From Acutalibacteraceae bacterium (GTDB taxonomy: Bacteria; Bacillota; Clostridia; Oscillospirales; Acutalibacteraceae): a stretch of DNA of 64,000 bases. Numbering within the stretch: the stretch's first letter is position 1; every line of letters starts with the position of its first letter. The position numbers and the translations under genes were made by a program. The notes below the pieces were generated by a model. That model was given only the letters and a program-made list of their open reading frames with translations, made no database searches and was not told the DNA's origin. Positions 59,856 to 64,000 of the stretch are shown here, one piece after another. The stretch lies in assembly GCA_045604965.1 (NCBI GenBank), contig JAZUPB010000035.1, positions 54,774 to 118,773 on the forward strand. The letters are read 5' to 3'.

Positions 59856-60175
59856 TACTCTAACCCTCCGTTATCTATAATTCCGTTTACCTTGCCGACA
59901 AGTACTTTCCACTCTCCGGTAAGATCGCCGAGTAATTCCTCACCCTGCTTGGTTATTGCGTAATATTTTCTTGGCGGTCCGCCGGATGCTTCCTCGAGAT
60001 AGGATGTTACACATCCATCCTGCTTGAGTCTTCGCAGAACGGGATAAACAGATCCGTCTGCTAGGTCGATGGACTGTGACAGCTTGAATGCTACATCGTA
60101 TCCATAATGATCATTACGACTGAGCATTGAAAGGATGCACAGCTCCAGAACTCCCTTCTTGAACTGAATTGACAT
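59855..60175 (-). CDS. PadR-family transcriptional regulator
   Basis: 106-aa winged HTH (…LSRNDHYGYDVAFKL…GSVYPVLRRLKQDG). Confidence 0.8.
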   Translation of the reverse strand: MSIQFKKGVLELCILSMLSRNDHYGYDVAFKLSQSIDLADGSVYPVLRRLKQDGCVTSYLEEASGGPPRKYYAITKQGEELLGDLTGEWKVLVGKVNGIIDNGGLE

Positions 60176-60299
60176 ACTTAATACCTCCCAATAGTCTTTT
60201 GTTTGAATTACTGGATCGTTTTCACTATTGTTTTAAGAACAATACCAATATAGCATCTGTATTTCTGTTTGTCAATATTTTTTTGAAATTCTTTCAAAA

Positions 60300-60338
60300 A
60301 AATTCTCCACTGCATAAAACAGTGGAGAATCCTTATAT
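60300..60338 (-). terminator. intrinsic terminator after small membrane protein gene
   Basis: TTCTCCACTG…CAGTGGAGAA hairpin followed by U7 on the minus strand. Confidence 0.6.
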
Positions 60339-60347
60339 TTAGTTTTA

Positions 60348-60608
60348 TCAGATATCGCTGTCAGACTCAGCCATATCGCTGTCTGATGCATACAAATCGC
60401 TGTCGCTGGCATCGCTGAAATCATAATCAAGATCATCCGAGGAAAAATCGCTCATCATATCCTCGCCGTCTTCTACATAATCGTATTCTTCATCCTCTAT
60501 AGCTGCTTTCTTGTTTCCGCCCATTGCAAATACAACAATAAGTACTACGGATACGACCGCAAGAAGGGAAAGAACTATTTTCATAATTTTTGCATTTGAC
60601 TCTGTCAT
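60348..60608 (-). CDS. small single-pass membrane protein with highly acidic C-terminal tail
   Basis: 86-aa ORF with an N-terminal TM (IVLSLLAVVSVVLIVVFAM), then a D/E/S-rich tail. Confidence 0.45.
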   Translation of the reverse strand: MTESNAKIMKIVLSLLAVVSVVLIVVFAMGGNKKAAIEDEEYDYVEDGEDMMSDFSSDDLDYDFSDASDSDLYASDSDMAESDSDI

Positions 60609-60699
60609 ATTATTAACCTCCTAATGCATCCTTTTTATCACTTTTGATATTATATCTCAAGAATGTGAACAAATCAAGTATATTGAAAAGAAAGCTGTC

Positions 60700-60728
60700 A
60701 GCTTTCTTCTTGAATATTATTACATATA
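60700..60728 (+). promoter_or_regulatory. sigma-A promoter with extended -10 (TTGAAT-17-TGTTATAAT)
   Basis: -35 TTGAAT at 60700-60705. TGTTATAAT at 60720-60728, about 50 nt upstream of the 60778 ATG. Confidence 0.55.
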
Positions 60729-60777
60729 CTGTTATAATATGTAAGATGTCTCATAATTGTAAAAATGAGGTGACTAT

Positions 60778-61875
60778 ATGTCAAAGGTTAAGGTTGTTTG
60801 CTCCGGGTGCGGTATATGGATTATGACCGACGAAGACCGCTCGTCTATGCTCTGTCCCAAATGCGGAGCTGAAATTGTTATTAAACCCATTATTAATGTA
60901 TCTCAGCCAACTCAGACACCTGTTGTCGCCAGCGGCGCTGAACTTGAATCAAAACTCGCTTATGCTGAGGGACTTCTTACTGCAGAATCTTACGATCGTG
61001 CTGAGAAGGCTTTTAGAAATGCTGCTGTTTTATTCCCCGAAGATTATAGATGCCATTGGGGTATAGTAAGAAGCGGCACCAAAAACTTCACCGATTATAA
61101 CGGCAGTGACTATGCTGTGGATTATGCCAACGCCATCCGCTATGCTGATGAGATTCCTCTGCGTTCTATGAAGGAAAACTATTCAAAATATCTTGATGAG
61201 CGCAGAAAGTCCGAATATGAACGCAAAGTCGGCGGTAAGATCGCTGTATTCGGCGATGAGCCCGCAGAGCCTGCACAGGCAGTTGCTGTTGTAGAAACTC
61301 CTGTTGTCGATCTTTACGAAATTTCCGCACAAAAGGAAGAGGTTGCTCCTGCTCCCCCTGCTCCGGAACCTCCTGCAGAGCCCGCTGTTGACCCCAACGT
61401 CACATTCCTGATTCGCGAACAGCTCACTCAGCGTCTGAATCAGCACAGTGAAGCCTGCAAAAACGCCAGCAAGGAGCTCAATGAACAAATCACCGAGCTT
61501 GAGGAGTGCAGAGAAAAGCGCAAGGGCTATGTTTCCTATCAGGTAAAATCCACCCCACCGATCGTCGAGATCGTCTGGTTCGGTGTTTTTGCTTTCCTTA
61601 CTCTGATTTTTGTCGTACTTCTCATTATCGGCAAGCTCGATTGGCTTATGTGGATATTCATTGCTTTGTTTGGTGTTCTCACCTTGTTTTCTCTTTATAA
61701 CCTGCTCAGTGAACTATCATTTAAAAAGAAAATTACCCAGCGCAGAGTTCAGGATAACGGTGAGTTTGAACGTATGAGCAATTCTTACAAGGCTCGTATT
61801 GAGGAACTTCGTTCTCAGATCGATTATCACAAGGAACAAATGGCTGCTGTTAAAAAACAGCTTGAGGAAACCTAA
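60778..61875 (+). CDS. hypothetical protein: N-terminal zinc ribbon, helical (TPR-like) region, Pro/Ala-rich linker, TM helices, C-terminal coiled coil
   Basis: 365-aa ORF with Cx2C…Cx2C in the first 30 aa, a PAPPAPEPPAEP linker, and two hydrophobic helices. Confidence 0.5.
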   Translation: MSKVKVVCSGCGIWIMTDEDRSSMLCPKCGAEIVIKPIINVSQPTQTPVVASGAELESKLAYAEGLLTAESYDRAEKAFRNAAVLFPEDYRCHWGIVRSGTKNFTDYNGSDYAVDYANAIRYADEIPLRSMKENYSKYLDERRKSEYERKVGGKIAVFGDEPAEPAQAVAVVETPVVDLYEISAQKEEVAPAPPAPEPPAEPAVDPNVTFLIREQLTQRLNQHSEACKNASKELNEQITELEECREKRKGYVSYQVKSTPPIVEIVWFGVFAFLTLIFVVLLIIGKLDWLMWIFIALFGVLTLFSLYNLLSELSFKKKITQRRVQDNGEFERMSNSYKARIEELRSQIDYHKEQMAAVKKQLEET

Positions 61876-61888
61876 TTATATATGGAAA

Positions 61889-61920
61889 AGGAATCCGCTT
61901 ACAGCGGATTCCTTTTCTGG
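61889..61920. terminator. bidirectional intrinsic terminator between convergent genes
   Basis: GGAATCCGCT-TACA-AGCGGATTCC perfect 10-bp hairpin flanked by AAAA and TTTT. Confidence 0.65.
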
Positions 61921-61940
61921 TTTATCTTATATTAAGATTT

Positions 61941-63653
61941 TTACTTAAGGCTGTTCTCGTAGCTCTCGATCATCTTCTTGAAGGTGTGTCCTGTACGACC
62001 TTCGAGAATTGTACCCTCTCCTGCGGCTACACTAAGCCGTTTTTGCAGTCTGTCAAGGAATCTCTGGGACACCTCGCCGGTGAACACCTTGATGTTCAGC
62101 ACCGCCCGTCCGTCATCGTCAATGGTGACGAATATCCTGTCAATATATTCCTCCACAAACTGGCGGGTGATGAGTCCGTTCTGTGCGTCCCGTTCGGCGT
62201 GCTTCAGCACCGAACGCAGCCGCTCGATGTGTTCGCGCAGTTCGCCCCGGGAATCGTTCTCGGCGGTCAGTTCGGCTATGCGCTGCTCGGCGGCGGCGAT
62301 CTCGTCGTTGCACTCGCCGCTCTGGGCAATGAACTGGGCATCGGTTATCATTCCGCTGACATTGTATTCCAGCAGCTTGGAGCGCTTTTTCTGCGCCATA
62401 TCGATGCGCTGCTGCTGTACCGCTATTGCCGCGCTGATGTCGCCGCCCTGATTGAGGCTTCTGTACATCTCCACATACTCGGCGATGAGAGCTTCAGCGC
62501 TTGCCGAGGTGTCTCGGAACACATCCAGCAGAACGGGGATTATCTCCTTTTCGTATATGGGAAATGTGGGGCAGTAATCCTTGCCGTTCTTTATCTTGCC
62601 CGAACACACCCACTTGGAGTTCTTATTGCCCTGCCTATCCACACTGTCGCGGCGATAGAACGCAGTGCCGCAATGGGTACAGAACAGCTTGCCGGTGAGT
62701 AGGTTGCCGTGGTTGCACTGATTCTGCCGCCGCTTTACATCAAGGCTTCGTCTGGCAAGTACGGCATTGGCTTTCTCCCACAGCTCCTCGCTGACGATGG
62801 CAGGCACGATCTCGCCGCTCTCGTCCTTGAACATAACCCATTCCTCCGGCGGCAGGAACTTCTGCTTCTTGGTAAACATATCCACAATCTGTACTTTTCC
62901 GCCCACATAATACCCTTTGTATTTGGGGTTGGCAATGGTATTGCTCATGGTGGAATGGCTGATGCGGTTGCCGTTGTGGTTGCGGTAGCCTCGTTCCCAG
63001 AAGATGTCCTCGATCTGCTTCATGGAGTACTCGTCGGTGGCGTACAGCTCGAACAGTTCGCGCACCATGGGCGCTTCGCTCTCGTCGATAACCAGCCTGC
63101 CGTCCTTTTTTACATAGCCGAAGATGCGGCTGTTGCCCAGCACCACCGACTTTTTGATGGCCTCGGCGTGCCCGAACTTGATTCGGCTGGAAAGTTTTCT
63201 CAGCTCGTCCTGAGCGATACCCGACATGATGGTCAGCCGCAGCTCCGAGTCCTCATCGAGGGTGTTGATGTTGTCATTCTGGAAGAACACACCGACGCCG
63301 CTGGCAAGAAGCCGACGGGTGAACTGTATGGAATCGAGGGTATTTCGGGCAAATCGGCTGATCTCCTTGGTAATAATAAGATCGAACAGACCAGCCTCAG
63401 CATCGTCCACCATGCGGTGAAAATTCTCGCGCTTGGCGGTGGTCATGGCGGAAAGTCCCTCGTCCACATAGCCGTCAACATATGTCCAGTTGGGATTCTT
63501 CTTTATCAGGTCGGTGTAATAGGTGACCTGATTGTCCAGCGAGTTGAGCTGTGCGTCCTTTTCGGTGGACACACGGGCGTAGAAGGTCACTCGCAGAGGA
63601 ATTTCGTAGATGTTTTTCAGCCGCAGTTCACGGCGTATTTCATGGATGTCCAT
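61941..63653 (-). mobile_element. large serine recombinase (resolvase domain + recombinase domain + zinc ribbon) gene, higher G+C than surroundings
   Basis: 570-aa ORF with an N-terminal resolvase catalytic region (YARVSTEKDAQ…SLDNQ), recombinase and Zn-ribbon (C…C…C…C) domains, and a C-terminal coiled coil. The GC is visibly elevated by eye relative to the window. Confidence 0.8.
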
Positions 63654-63903
63654 ATAAATCGCTGCTTTCGCCAGGCGAAAACACTCCTTTCTTCGGAATT
63701 GGGACGTTTTTGATTTATCAAAATTCTCACCCTCGGTGAGAAAGTCACAAAACGGGGTTTGAACGCTTGTCTTTCAAACCTGTTCCTTTCGTAAGTGTCT
63801 GCTGCATCATCACTTTATGATGATATGATAACATTATATTATTTTGTTTTCTAATGGGAAATGTATGCAGCCGGAGCGGTTGATGCCCCGGCTGCCTGTG
63901 TTC

Positions 63904-64000
63904 TTATCGTTCTTTGACGTGTCGCTTTTTCTTCTGTTCGGATTCTCGTTTGAGTATCTTATTCTGCATAGCGCGGTACTCCTGCTCGGTTATCGCTCCC
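63904..64000 (-). CDS. 3' end of an unidentified gene continuing beyond the right edge (likely part of the same mobile element)
   Basis: The minus-strand frame reads …GAITEQEYRAMQNKILKRESEQKKKRHVKER-stop. This was hand-translated and is too short for the ORF track. Confidence 0.35.
   Translation of the reverse strand, partial: GAITEQEYRAMQNKILKRESEQKKKRHVKER

Noticed and set aside
62709-63713. 334-aa plus-strand ORF (and 61986..62702)
   Set aside because: Both are antisense to the GC-rich serine recombinase gene and have no independent signals.
1-64000. CRISPR arrays, rRNA or tRNA genes
   Set aside because: No regularly spaced short direct repeats are visible. Intergenic gaps are short and are accounted for by promoters and terminators. 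No cloverleaf-like or rRNA-like segments were noticed. A tRNAscan / Infernal run would be needed to be definitive.

Overview
This window is a 64-kb chromosomal segment that looks like a low-GC Firmicutes (Clostridia / Ruminococcaceae-like) genome. The supporting signs are spoVA-type sporulation genes, Cheo-type LexA boxes, a T-box leader and the AGGAGG ribosome-binding sites. Genes are densely packed, mostly on the minus strand, and the majority are housekeeping or envelope functions.

Features by position:
- A T-box-controlled PaaK-family CoA ligase, truncated at the left edge.
- An M28 peptidase and an HD hydrolase.
- A four-gene LytTR / DUF3021 operon.
- An ECF sigma / anti-sigma pair.
- A membrane HD-GYP phosphodiesterase.
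- A carbohydrate-use block: two GH3 glycosidases, an aldo/keto reductase, a short-chain dehydrogenase/reductase (SDR) and an IlvD/EDD-family dehydratase.
- A GltD-like oxidoreductase.
- A DNA-modification / DNA-damage cluster at 23.3-32.1 kb (described below).
- A diacylglycerol kinase (DagK-like) and PBP1A with a long Thr-rich tail.
- An O-antigen-ligase-like protein, truA and a SpoVAC/AEB-like protein.
- A LuxR-type membrane regulator.
- TrkA/TrkH, then NfeD and flotillin.
- A ferredoxin-fused AKR, FtsE/FtsX, an M23 peptidase and a CtpA-like S41 peptidase.
- GNAT, CPBP, flavin-reductase, and a PadR-DUF1700-DUF4097 module.
- A GC-rich large serine recombinase at the right edge, marking the boundary of a mobile element.

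The most unusual locus is a three-gene operon at 23377-29273. Two diverged, tandem PglX/Eco57I-family gamma-class N6-adenine methyltransferase genes (834 and 813 aa) both end at exactly the same conserved motif (…ETSWDFKRHPL-stop). After the second comes a separately initiated 295-aa ORF that resembles the missing C-terminal domain of full-length PglX / Type IIG enzymes. No nuclease, BREX partner or recombinase is present. The operon is flanked by a LexA-box-controlled Y-family polymerase with YolD and by a 3-methyladenine glycosylase.

No rRNA, tRNA or CRISPR arrays were found.
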